A model generated the notes under the pieces. It ran no database searches and had not been told where the DNA came from. It saw nothing but the letters and a program-made list of their open reading frames with translations. From an uncultured Pseudomonadota bacterium (GTDB lineage Bacteria > Oederibacteriota > Muellerivitia > Muellerivitales > Muellerivitaceae): DNA of 64,000 nt. Positions 50,066 through 64,000 of this stretch are shown piece after piece (positions within the stretch are counted from its first letter, which is position 1; each line of letters opens with the position of its first letter). A program made the translations under genes and the position numbers. The stretch is from positions 1 through 64,000 of the forward strand of contig CAVYRH010000002.1 of assembly GCA_963770835.1 (NCBI GenBank), given 5' to 3'.

Positions 50066-50200
50066 TCAGCTCTCGAAGGGATCTCCGGCTTCCTTCTTCT
50101 TGATTCTTTCCATCAACTGGCGTTTAGCGGATTTTTGTACTCGGGATTGGGGCTTAATGGCCCAAACCTTGCGTGTTTTCTTGGGTTTCGGCTTTTTCAT
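50066..50200 (-). CDS. Small basic protein, 44 aa (below the ORF-track cutoff)
   Basis: ATG...TGA frame MKKPKPKKTRKVWAIKPQSRVQKSAKRQLMERIKKKEAGDPFES with AGGAGGAG about 12 nt upstream; fills an otherwise empty gap. Confidence 0.6.
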   Translation of the reverse strand: MKKPKPKKTRKVWAIKPQSRVQKSAKRQLMERIKKKEAGDPFES

Positions 50201-50272
50201 TTCAAAATTTCTCTCCTCCTACACTAAAATTCTCAAGGACATTCTACATCCAACTCCCTGAAGGAGGCCCTA

Positions 50273-52297
50273 TTGGCGGTTCAATCCCGAAGAAACCCTT
50301 CCCGCCACAGCCTCCTACCCTGGTGGTTGGTTTCCTTTCTATTCTGCACCGTCTTTACGGTGTATACCTTAACGCTCAATCCCTCGCTCTTTAGGAACGA
50401 CTCACCCGAAACCATCACCGCCTGCGTCACCCTGGGGGTTTGCCACCCGCCCGGTTATCCTCTACACACACTGCTGGGCCGCCTCTTTTCCCTAGTGGAA
50501 CCAGGGAACCCGGCCATGGCTCTCAACTTTTTTTCGGCCATCCTAGGGGCGATTGGGACTTGCCTGTTGGCTGCCAATCTCTTCATTTTATCGGGAAGGT
50601 TCACCCCGATGAAGGGACACCGTAACCCAGCCCCCTTGATGGTAGCCTGCATGGTTGGTGCCCAGTCCTTCGCCTTCTCCAAAAGCTATTGGAGTGCCGC
50701 CTTGGCTGCAAAGGGCGGAATTTACGTGTTCCAAGCGGCCTTGGAGCTTGGAACGCTCCTTTATTTTCAACTGGAGGCCCAAAAGATAAAAAACTCTGGG
50801 GCTGCTATTTCATCCGGCTCTTTTTACTTTTTTGTTTTTCTTTTCTCCTTGGGCTTCGCCAACCAGTGGCCCACCCAAATGCTGTTGATACCTGTCATTA
50901 GCCTAGGAATTTTCATTTATTCCCGCCACAAACGGTTCAACCTTATAAAAAAAATTTCTTGGAAGTGGATTTGGAACGGTTTGACCATTGCGATGATCGT
51001 CCTGAGCCTTTATCTTTACCTCCCTCTTCGTGCCCACCTATATCCAGCCTTAAATTTCGGGGCGCCTTTCACCCTTCGCCGACTGGCAGTTTCTCTTTTA
51101 CGGACTTCCTACTTTAAGAGGGAAACCCTGGCTTCCTTTATACCCACGGCCTTTTCCACGGTTCAGGAAAAGGCTTCATACATTTCCAACCGTTTCGGGA
51201 ACGAATACAGCGTCTTGTTCAGCCTTTTGGCCCTCCTCGGCGGTTATTGGCTTTGGAAACGCGGGCTTAAAAACGAACTACTTTTTCTTCTCGTCTTGTT
51301 GCTCACCACCCTCGGGGCCAACCTACTCTACCTGCAGGTTTCGCCGATTGAGTTCTGGCACATGGACGACCATTTGATGACTGTCAATTGGGTGATGGCG
51401 ATCCTGGGGTGCATGGGGGTTTACCGCCTTGGTACAATGGCGTCCGAACATGGGACCGTTAAATATGCTTTGTCCTTCCTGTTAGTCCTGCCCTTTTTTA
51501 CCCTTCAAAAAAACCTCGCTCTGAATGACCAGAGCCGAGAATTCCTGTTTCATGGTTATGGGATGGAAGCCCTCCAATCCATGCGCAGAAACGCCCGCTA
51601 TTTCGCCGAATCCGATTTCGATTATTTCTCAATACTGTACTTAAAGGAAGCAGAGCACAAACGGCCTGACGTTGACTTGACACTTACAACTTTTATGACC
51701 AAAAGTGCTTGGGAGGGTCTAGTTTGTCGCTTTTCTTCAACCCCGCCGGTCGGCAGCCAGCCTGTTTACTGCGCTTTCCCCAACGGGGACTTTGTTAACA
51801 GATACCTTTTCTTCGCCAAAACTGCTTTCTTCAGACCCCAGGGGACGATCACTGAGTTTATGCCCTTAAAATCGTCTGATAACCGCAAATCACTCCAACC
51901 GCTTGAAGGGCTCTGGGAAAGATATCTGGCCCCAGGGCGAAGAAGTATCAACCCGATCGATGGTTTTCTGTTGGAGCTTTGCGCCCATCCTTACCTCAAC
52001 ACTGCCGACTTCCTGAGACTGAGGGGCGACTTAACCTGTTGGGATCCGCTCTATGAAAAAGGCTTGAGCCTGATCAGTGAGAATCCCTGGCTGGCGGAAA
52101 CCTGGGCCCGGCGTGCCGAAGGGGATGCCGCGCTCGGAGAAAAAAGAGAAGCCGCGGCGGACTATGAGATGGCGGCATTCCAATACCAGGGCGCAGGCCT
52201 TTCAGATAAGGCTCGGTTGAACCTTCAAAAAGCGCTGGCCTTGGACCCCTCCAATCCCGAGCTCCGGCAGGCCTTGACCGACATGGGCCGCCCCTGA
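50273..52297 (+). CDS. DUF2723 (TMEM260-like) GT-C membrane protein with C-terminal TPR-like helices
   Basis: NDSPE and GVCHPPGYPL motifs, YLYLPLRA, multi-TM, C-terminal KALALDPSN. Confidence 0.85.
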   Translation: MAVQSRRNPSRHSLLPWWLVSFLFCTVFTVYTLTLNPSLFRNDSPETITACVTLGVCHPPGYPLHTLLGRLFSLVEPGNPAMALNFFSAILGAIGTCLLAANLFILSGRFTPMKGHRNPAPLMVACMVGAQSFAFSKSYWSAALAAKGGIYVFQAALELGTLLYFQLEAQKIKNSGAAISSGSFYFFVFLFSLGFANQWPTQMLLIPVISLGIFIYSRHKRFNLIKKISWKWIWNGLTIAMIVLSLYLYLPLRAHLYPALNFGAPFTLRRLAVSLLRTSYFKRETLASFIPTAFSTVQEKASYISNRFGNEYSVLFSLLALLGGYWLWKRGLKNELLFLLVLLLTTLGANLLYLQVSPIEFWHMDDHLMTVNWVMAILGCMGVYRLGTMASEHGTVKYALSFLLVLPFFTLQKNLALNDQSREFLFHGYGMEALQSMRRNARYFAESDFDYFSILYLKEAEHKRPDVDLTLTTFMTKSAWEGLVCRFSSTPPVGSQPVYCAFPNGDFVNRYLFFAKTAFFRPQGTITEFMPLKSSDNRKSLQPLEGLWERYLAPGRRSINPIDGFLLELCAHPYLNTADFLRLRGDLTCWDPLYEKGLSLISENPWLAETWARRAEGDAALGEKREAAADYEMAAFQYQGAGLSDKARLNLQKALALDPSNPELRQALTDMGRP

Positions 52298-52341
52298 AAA
52301 TAAAAAAACCCGATCCCTCTTTCGAAGGGTCGGGTTCATTT
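52298..52341. terminator. Terminator between the DUF2723 gene and the rRNA operon (convergent)
   Basis: AAAAAAACCCGATCCC...GGGTCGGGTT stem with a T run on the minus strand. Confidence 0.8.
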
Positions 52342-52346
52342 AAAAA

Positions 52347-52463
<117 letters not shown>

Positions 52464-52579
52464 AACAACGATCTCAATTACTGTACTGTTTATAACAGTA
52501 ATGGATATTAATTCAACGATAGAAATACCACTTTCTTGAACCTTGAGTGCGATAGAAGATGCGATGGAAATGAAACATA

Positions 52580-55595
<3,016 letters not shown>

Positions 55596-55821
55596 ACATG
55601 TTTCTTCGCCACCGCATAAGAATCTTCTATGCACTCGGTTCAGCTTACATAGTAGTATTTCTATCGTTTTTCAAAGAACAAACCCGATCCCCCGAAGGAG
55701 ATGCGCCCGACCCATTTGGCCGGAAGAAGCTTTTCGTCTTTCGACAAAAAAGCTCCATGAATCTTTCATGAACCCAAAAGATTCATGCAGCTTTTACTCT
55801 GGTGAACACATTCACCCAAAT

Positions 55822-55897
55822 TGGTGGAGATGACCGGGATCGAACCGGTGACCCCCTGCTTGCAAAGCAGGTGCTCTCCCAACTGAGCTACATCCCC
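55822..55897 (-). tRNA. tRNA-Ala(TGC)
   Basis: GGGGATGTAGCTCAGTTGGGAGAGCACCTGCTTTGCAAGCAGG...CCACCA in the rRNA spacer. Confidence 0.97.
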
Positions 55898-55935
55898 TCC
55901 GCTCAACATCGCCAGATCAGCCCACTCCCAAAAGA

Positions 55936-56012
55936 TGGTGGGCCTAACTGGAGTCGAACCAGTCACCTCACCCTTATCAGGGGCGCGCTCTAACCAACTG
56001 AGCTATAGGCCC
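55936..56012 (-). tRNA. tRNA-Ile(GAT)
   Basis: GGGCCTATAGCTCAGTTGGTTAGAGCGCGCCCCTGATAAGGG...CCACCA in the rRNA spacer. Confidence 0.97.
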
Positions 56013-56185
56013 AATCCAGTTTGGCGAAGGGCACTGACATACACCCAAAAGTTCAACTTCAAATATTGAAAGAACCAATCGAATTGGCCTCTCAAAACTA
56101 AATAGCGCATAACTCGTTCGGGTATCCACTTGGAGTTACGGATAAAGCTAGCCCTTCAAAAAGGGTTACTCATCCATGGTCTCCA

Positions 56186-57733
<1,548 letters not shown>

Positions 57734-57944
57734 AAGAAGACTTTGAGGCTCTAACAACTCAAACTACTTTTGACTTGCACCCAAACTTGTTTCGTATGCA
57801 CTATTTAGTTTTCAAAGACCAATACCGACAAGCATCCATTCGATGCTTACCCCAGGGGTGAAAAGGGACAACAAAACTCACCGCTGCGATGAGCACCGCA
57901 ATCGAAAACAACTTTCTAACTTCCGATTGTTATTGGTTTAGCAC

Positions 57945-57955
57945 TTCAAAGAACA
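57945..57955 (-). promoter_or_regulatory. rrn leader boxA-like antitermination site
   Basis: TGTTCTTTGAA in the leader; a second copy TGTTCTTTGAAAA lies in the spacer before 23S (~55668-55680). Confidence 0.65.
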
Positions 57956-58006
57956 TCTCTTCCAACGAGGGAAGCAGGCCACAAGCCTTAGTGGCCCGGG
58001 GGTGTA

Positions 58007-58035
58007 TTTATACTAAAAGGCTCAAGTGCTGTCAA
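58007..58035 (-). promoter_or_regulatory. rRNA operon sigma70 promoter with upstream AT-rich UP-like element
   Basis: TTGACA-17nt-TATAAA; AT-rich tract at 58036-58075. Confidence 0.85.
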
Positions 58036-58077
58036 CAAATAATTAAACTTTTTCAATTAAAGTCAAGTTTTAATGGG

Positions 58078-59569
58078 TTACAGAAGCTTTGTAGCAGCCG
58101 GAACTGGCGAAACCTTTGAAATTGGCGTATTTTCAGTAGAAGATTGCGATATCCAACTGGAAATAAAATCCTTAGCCTGCCGATAATTCGTTACCAAGTC
58201 CCCAAAACTCTTAATTTTCCTGCAGTCTTTTGAGAATATAGCCGGGCCGTAAATAAAAGGCCCTATAGGCCATTTTCCGAGCTTCTTGAAGCTGTTCCAT
58301 CGACAATCCCGGCATGTTTAAAATGGGTTGGTTTAATTCGTATTTCGCGTAATCTTCGGTTGTAATCCAACCTTCTTTTTTACCCATTGCTTCTAATTCT
58401 GTTTTGGGGAAAGGAATGGCGCAATAAAACTGGGCATAGTCAGGATCCAATTCTTTTACGTATTGGATGGTTTCTTTTATTGTTTCCATCGTTTCACCGG
58501 GAAGACCGAAAATAATATGCGTTAGAACTTCGATTCCGGCTTCTTTTGTCTGTTTCACGGCGATTCGAGCTTGTTCAGCCGTGGCGCCTTTCTTCATGTT
58601 CTTTAAGATTTCTTCCACGCCCGATTCCACCCCATAAGAAACACCGATGCAGCCAGAAGAACGCATTTCTCTCAAAACCTCCGGATCCACGTGGTCCACT
58701 CGACTATTGGCCATCCACCTGATCTTTTTCTCCAGTCCCCGTTTTTTAAGTTCAGTGCAGACTTCCATGACGAATTTTCTGTTCTGGTTGAAGGTGTCAG
58801 ACCACATGGTGAAATTGCGAAGTCCATGTTTTTCAAGGCATTCTTGCATTTCATCCACCACATTTTCAGCGCTGCGCAGGCGAACTTTCTTGCCGTAATA
58901 CTGGTAGGCCGTGCAATAAATGCAGGAATAAGGGCATCCGCGGCTTGTAATAATGAGGGTATAAGGTTCATTGATAACCGGAAGAGTATACTTCGCATTG
59001 TCCAACAAATGCCGCGCCGCGAAGGGCAGGTCATCCAAATTCTCATTAAACGGCCTGTCCTCGTTGTGAAGGATGGTCCCGTCGACTTTTTTAAATGAAA
59101 TCCCCAAAACTTTCAGGAGATCCCTTCCTGTATCAATGGCATCCACCAAATCCTGAGCTGTCAATTCAGGCTCCCTGCGGATGACCGAATCCAAACCAGA
59201 GGCAGATAATACTTCCTCAGGCAATGAGGTGGCATGGTTGCCGATCACCGTGAAATGGGCCTTCGTCAGCGGACGCATCATATTAATGACTTCAACATCA
59301 CTAGAGGAAGTGGCAGTCGACATGTTGAAAAGAACAAAGGAAGGATCGAATTCTTGGATAGCTTTTTTTAAACCTTTCACATCCACATCGTTGGCGATAC
59401 AATCCAGAAGTTTCACTTCGTGTTTTTGGGCTTCCAAGGCTCCCGCGATCATGGGAAGAGAAATAGGAACCATCACATATTGAAAGGAATTTAATCGCTG
59501 CTCACAGCGCCCTTCCCGGATGTATTTCATACCGGTGCATGTCGGGGGGTTCACAATCATGGTTTTCAA
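58078..59569 (-). CDS. Cobalamin-binding radical SAM protein (class B / BchE-HpnJ-like), apparent +1 frameshift at 58215-58218
   Basis: N-terminal B12-binding-like region, SRGCPYSCIYC, GVESG, IFGLPGET and PFPKT; TTG 59569 follows GGAGG. The as-read stop is at 58211; the corrected frame ends at 58078. Confidence 0.85.
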
Positions 59570-59729
59570 GAAACACCTCCTAAACTTAATGGGAAAAGTT
59601 GGAAAACAATAACAACCAGGCATCACATGGGATTTTCATGGATTTCAAGAGACGGGCAGGCCCCTAACTACAGGTTAATTATAACGCCAAACCTGACTAC
59701 TTTCATTCAAATACCACATAACTGGGATT

Positions 59730-60674
59730 TCAAAGGCGATCCCACTTCCAACAAGCCACTTTCCATTCATTTTCGTTACATATAAGCTCTTGCTTTTCAA
59801 CCCGGCAGCGGCCTTCAGCAAATGCACAGCGCGGGTGAAAGGAGCATCCAGAAGGAATTTGTGCCGGATTAGGTGGTTCCCCCTTGATTTTGACTCCCTT
59901 CCCTTCGCTAGCTTCCAGTAAAACTCGGGTATAGGGATGTCGGGGCCTGTCTAACACCTCGTCTGTTTTCCCCTCCTCTACCACCTTTCCTAAATACATC
60001 ACCAGAACACGTTGGCTGAGGTAACCCACCACCTGCAGATCATGGGAAATAAACAGGTAGGCTATTTTCTTTTCCTGATTTAGGCGGGAAAGAAGATTCA
60101 ATATTGAAGCCTGGACTGAAACATCCAGCGAAGAAACAGGTTCATCCAAAACAATTAGCTCCGGTTGACAGGCAAGAGCGCGGGCTAGACCTATTCGTTG
60201 GCATTGCCCTCCAGAAAATTCATGCGGATATTTCTTTAAATCTCCTTCCGATAGGCCCACTTGCCAGAGTAGGGCCTTTACAAAGCTAGTTCTTTCCGAA
60301 GACCCCAACAAATCATGCACTTCCAAAGGTTCTCGAAGAAGGTCTCCAACCCTCTGGCGGGGATTTAAGGAAGCATAAGGGTTTTGAAAAACCATCTGAA
60401 ACTTCTTTTGAAGCGATCTTCTTTGGAGGTCTCCAAGTTTTTTCCCTTCGAGACCATCCCACCAAACAGCCCCCGAGGTTGGTTCATAAAGTCCAACCGC
60501 ACAATGGCCCAAGGTGCTCTTACCGCATCCCGACTCACCCACCACGCCGACAATCTGCCCGGTTTCAATATCAACGGAAACGTCATCAACGGCTTTCACA
60601 AAAACCGTGGGACGGCCCAGTAAGCCGCGTTGCACCGGAAAATGTTTAGCTATCTTTTGGATGGATAAAAGCAT
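59730..60674 (-). CDS. Oligopeptide/dipeptide ABC transporter ATP-binding subunit (OppF/DppF type)
   Basis: [37 protein letters not shown] and HPYT motifs, plus a C-terminal Cys motif. Confidence 0.93.
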   Translation of the reverse strand: MLLSIQKIAKHFPVQRGLLGRPTVFVKAVDDVSVDIETGQIVGVVGESGCGKSTLGHCAVGLYEPTSGAVWWDGLEGKKLGDLQRRSLQKKFQMVFQNPYASLNPRQRVGDLLREPLEVHDLLGSSERTSFVKALLWQVGLSEGDLKKYPHEFSGGQCQRIGLARALACQPELIVLDEPVSSLDVSVQASILNLLSRLNQEKKIAYLFISHDLQVVGYLSQRVLVMYLGKVVEEGKTDEVLDRPRHPYTRVLLEASEGKGVKIKGEPPNPAQIPSGCSFHPRCAFAEGRCRVEKQELICNENEWKVACWKWDRL

Positions 60675-61627
60675 CGAACCCTGTGGTCTTTCCTTATTTC
60701 ATCCAATATCGGACTTTCTTCGCGACATCGAGTGTCTGCCCGGGGGCACCGGTTCGCGAAAGCGCATCCAGTTAAGGCTTCAAAGGGTGTCGGAATGACT
60801 CCGCCAATGGTGAAAAGTGGGCGGCCCTTATTGGAAAACTCCGGCAGGGACGCCAATAACCCTTCCGTATAGGGATGCTGGGGATGGTTAAATATCTCTC
60901 CCGGCACTCCCTCTTCCACCACTAATCCCAGGTATAAAATCGCCACGCGGTCAGCATGACCTCGCACAATTTTGAGGTTGTGCGTAATGAACAGCACGGA
61001 TAATCGGTGCTGTTCTGTCATCCGGAATAGAAGATCCAGGATTTGGGTTTGGACCGTGACATCCAACGCGGTTGTGGGTTCATCCGCAATGAGTAACGAA
61101 GGCTCGCAGGCAATGGCCATAGCAATCATAATCCGTTGACACATTCCCCCTGAAAGCTGATGTGGATATTGATGCATAATGCGGTCAGGGTCGGGCAACC
61201 CGACCTCCACCAAGAGAGAACCAATTTTCAGCCGAATCTCCGAATCCGAAAGAACGGTATGGGTTCGCAAGATCTCTGCTATTTGTGTCCCGACCGGGAT
61301 AACCGGGTTCAAAGAGCTGGTAGGTTCTTGAAAAATCATCCCAATCTTTCGACCTCGAATTTTCCTCCATTCTAATTCCGGGATCGTACCCAAGTCCTGG
61401 CCTTTGAGCTTTATCTTTCCTTCCACCATCTCCATTGGGGGTTTGGGCAGCAGGTTCAGGATCGAGAGCGCCGTCATGCTCTTTCCGCATCCCGATTCCC
61501 CCACCAGCGCCAGTCGTTCCCCTTCCCCCAAAGAAAGGTCAATCCCTCTCAACACCCATCCTTGCCGACCTGTTTCAAGGTTTTTTAGGCCGACTTTCAA
61601 ATTTTGAATGGATAGCAGTTCGGGCAA
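60650..61627 (-). CDS. Oligopeptide/dipeptide ABC transporter ATP-binding subunit (OppD/DppD type)
   Basis: [28 protein letters not shown] and [10 protein letters not shown] motifs; start uncertain (TTG 61627 chosen to avoid overlap). Confidence 0.92.
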   Translation of the reverse strand: MPELLSIQNLKVGLKNLETGRQGWVLRGIDLSLGEGERLALVGESGCGKSMTALSILNLLPKPPMEMVEGKIKLKGQDLGTIPELEWRKIRGRKIGMIFQEPTSSLNPVIPVGTQIAEILRTHTVLSDSEIRLKIGSLLVEVGLPDPDRIMHQYPHQLSGGMCQRIMIAMAIACEPSLLIADEPTTALDVTVQTQILDLLFRMTEQHRLSVLFITHNLKIVRGHADRVAILYLGLVVEEGVPGEIFNHPQHPYTEGLLASLPEFSNKGRPLFTIGGVIPTPFEALTGCAFANRCPRADTRCREESPILDEIRKDHRVRCFYPSKR

Positions 61628-61679
61628 CTTGGGATACTCTTTCAGATCTACGTTTTTAGAATGGTTGAGGTTGCTTCTG

Positions 61680-62465
61680 TTAAAGTGAACTCGCGTTTTT
61701 AAACTGAATATCCATGGAAGGATATTCAATGGTGGCATAGTGTCCCTCAAAAAAGGGCCCCGGATTCACCACCACCGCTTCTCCCAATTTCACTGTACCT
61801 TGTCCCGATTTTGCCCTACCGCATAAAACCAGCTTGGGAGAAACTTTTTCGATCAGCTCATTAATCAGAAGAACTCCGCAATGTTCGTCACCGGACCGGT
61901 CCAACCGGCAAACAGGCGGCGAATGAAACAAAAGTATTTTTTCCCCAGGGAAATATTCAATACGCCTCAAGGCAAATTCCACCCACATACGGGAATATTG
62001 GAGAACCAGTTCCCGGTTGTCCTCACTGACGTTCATGTCGCCGCCGAATCCAGCCACCATGAATTGGTCTTCCCGGTACATCATTTCATGGACCGGCCGT
62101 AAATTGGGATAGATGTGCGCATAGTTGTAGATCGTCTTGAAATAAAGTGATTCCGGGGCGTCGTTATAACCGGGAACAGCATAAATCACTCTTTGGGTAT
62201 CCGCCAAAGCCAGTAAAAATTGCTGCAGGTGTTCGATGTCCCGGGATATCTCTGCTTGGATTTCTGGATTTTCCACATCGGGTTTGCTGTGGAAACGGCG
62301 GGCCGTTTCATATTCCTGAAGCCGTTGGTCGCCTTTCATGGATCCACCGCAATAAAAAACAGCATCAGGATCTTCCCGTTCGAATATCCGGGGGATAGCG
62401 GGCAAATATTCACCGGCGCCGTGATAATCGGTCAAGCACACAAACTTCACTGGGATCCCCCTCAA
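61680..62465 (-). CDS. Calcineurin-like metallophosphoesterase, TT1561/Aq_1956-like with degenerate metal ligands
   Basis: TDYHG, VPGYNDAP, YPNLRPVHE, VAGFGG, FHSPP and VVVNPG..FEGHY motifs. Confidence 0.75.
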   Translation of the reverse strand: MRGIPVKFVCLTDYHGAGEYLPAIPRIFEREDPDAVFYCGGSMKGDQRLQEYETARRFHSKPDVENPEIQAEISRDIEHLQQFLLALADTQRVIYAVPGYNDAPESLYFKTIYNYAHIYPNLRPVHEMMYREDQFMVAGFGGDMNVSEDNRELVLQYSRMWVEFALRRIEYFPGEKILLFHSPPVCRLDRSGDEHCGVLLINELIEKVSPKLVLCGRAKSGQGTVKLGEAVVVNPGPFFEGHYATIEYPSMDIQFKNASSL

Positions 62466-62682
62466 AAAATCGGGTGGGCGGCATATTCCTAGACCGCCTT
62501 ATTTTGCCAAACCGTTATCTTAATTGCGACATTCTAGAGTCTCCGATACAATTTTGCTCTATTAAATTCCCAGTTGATCGGCCCTGAAATCCTCAAGTCG
62601 AATTAATGATTAAATTTATTCGAGTTCGGTCGATACAAAGACAATCCTTGACCCCCGTTATTAATTAAGAAAGACTCATCTC

Positions 62683-64000
62683 ATGCCAAAATACCAGAAC
62701 CCATATTTCACCTTGCCCGATGGAACCTTAAAGCACATCAACCCCCTTACCGGTACTGAAGTCTGGACCGTACCCACAAGGGCTCATCGTCCATTCTATA
62801 ATCGCTCCCTAAAACCTTCGAAACCCTTACCGAAAATTCAAAAAGAGAATTACTGCGACTTTTGCCAAACCGAGTATTTTCGTACCCCTCCCGAAAAAGC
62901 AAGGATCAACCAAACTTTCGATGGAAACTACCAAAAACTTGAAAAGTTAAACCCAGACCTCTTAGAGGGTTCTTACGCCATTTTCCGCAGGGTGGCCAAC
63001 CTTTTTGAGATTGTCACCATTGAATACTGGATCAAAAACCATGGTTTCGAGTTCTCCAATGCCCAATCACTATGGAAACGGAACTATCTGGATAATCCGC
63101 GTGGGCTGGAACATGTGCTCCAACTTATCGACGTGAAATTAAAGCTCTCTGGAAAACCGGATGATGAAATCGCCAAAATGTCAATTCAGGAAAAATTAAA
63201 TTTGGCCGACAGCTTTTTCGCGGGGGCCCACGAGCTGATTATTTCCGGCCGGCATTACCGACCTGGTGCCGAATGGGACAATGAACTTTATTCCTCCGGC
63301 GAAATGAGCCCGGAGGAACATTACCGCTACATGCGGTTTACCATAGACGCCATGATGGATATTTATTCCAATAACCGTTACGTCCGTTATGTCACCGTTT
63401 TTCAAAACTGGCTTCAGGATGCTGGCGCTTCTTTTGACCACTTACATAAGCAATTGGTGGGACTGGATGAATGGGGAACTTCCATCCAAGCGGAACTGGA
63501 AGTTGTTCGGGAAAATCCAACGATTTATAACGACTCCATCGTGAATTTTTCGGCTTACCACAACCTTGTCTTTGCCGAAAACAACCACGCCATCGCGTTA
63601 TCCGAAATCGGGCACCGTTATCCAACCCTGGCCATTTATTCTAAAAGCAGAAACGCGCGGCCGGACGAACATACCGAGGAGGAGCTGAGAGGATTTTCCG
63701 ACTTAGTTCACGCTTGCCACGCCGCCATGGGAAGCCATATCCCTTGCAACGAGGAATGGTATTATTCCCCCCGGGACTCCGTCCAGGTTATGCCATGGCA
63801 CATTTTAATTAAATGGAGGACCGTAAATCCTGCGGGATTTGAGGGTGGGACTAAAATTTTCATCAATCCCGTTTCACCCGTTGCCTTGAGGAATCAAGTG
63901 GTTCCCCGCTTATACGAATTGAGAACCCAGGGAAAAATCAAAAACATCCGAATCGCAACCGAATGTGAATTGAATCCCAATCCGCTTCTTTACGGTCAAA
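62683..64000 (+). CDS. DUF4921 family protein, GalT/HIT-like nucleotidyltransferase fold (partial, runs off window end)
   Basis: Not in the ORF track because no stop falls in the window. My translation gives MPKYQNPYFTLPDGTLKHINPLTGTEVWTVP..., CDFC, TPPEKAR and FQNWLQDAGASFDHLHKQL (HxHxQ). Confidence 0.82.
   Translation, partial: MPKYQNPYFTLPDGTLKHINPLTGTEVWTVPTRAHRPFYNRSLKPSKPLPKIQKENYCDFCQTEYFRTPPEKARINQTFDGNYQKLEKLNPDLLEGSYAIFRRVANLFEIVTIEYWIKNHGFEFSNAQSLWKRNYLDNPRGLEHVLQLIDVKLKLSGKPDDEIAKMSIQEKLNLADSFFAGAHELIISGRHYRPGAEWDNELYSSGEMSPEEHYRYMRFTIDAMMDIYSNNRYVRYVTVFQNWLQDAGASFDHLHKQLVGLDEWGTSIQAELEVVRENPTIYNDSIVNFSAYHNLVFAENNHAIALSEIGHRYPTLAIYSKSRNARPDEHTEEELRGFSDLVHACHAAMGSHIPCNEEWYYSPRDSVQVMPWHILIKWRTVNPAGFEGGTKIFINPVSPVALRNQVVPRLYELRTQGKIKNIRIATECELNPNPLLYGQ

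Overview
64 kb of chromosome from a diderm bacterium (LptD, LptF and PorV-like barrels), mostly encoded on the minus strand and probably from a poorly cultivated lineage, judging by divergent 16S signatures. From left to right it holds: a partial DUF559 nuclease; a tetrapyrrole block (ccsA-hemA-hemC-[AT-rich orphan]-cobA/hemD); an 11-subunit complex I operon nuoABCDHIJKLMN without nuoEFG, where nuoL carries a 1-nt frameshift; a polyprenyl synthase; a Crp/Fnr regulator; two PorV/PorQ-like barrels flanking uvrA-lptD-lptF/G and a 729-aa secreted Pro-rich protein; a ~14 kb lipid-linked glycosylation cluster (TIGR03663/Agl23-like, polyprenol-P-mannose synthase, two NHL propellers, DUF2298, and a 2050-aa GT39+DUF2298 fusion); glutamine synthetase III; korAB; an unannotated 44-aa basic ORF; a DUF2723/TMEM260-like GT-C; a full rRNA operon (16S-Ile-Ala-23S-5S); a B12 radical SAM enzyme with a 3' frameshift; oppDF; a TT1561-like phosphoesterase; and a partial DUF4921. 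The best candidate for an undescribed system is the Chloroflexi/haloarchaea-type GT-C glycosylation cluster, whose membrane transferases carry zinc ribbons and which sits beside PorV-like barrels and a Pro/Ser/Thr-rich exported protein. All family assignments come from motif recognition by eye, not database searches. No CRISPR array, transposase or integrase was seen.
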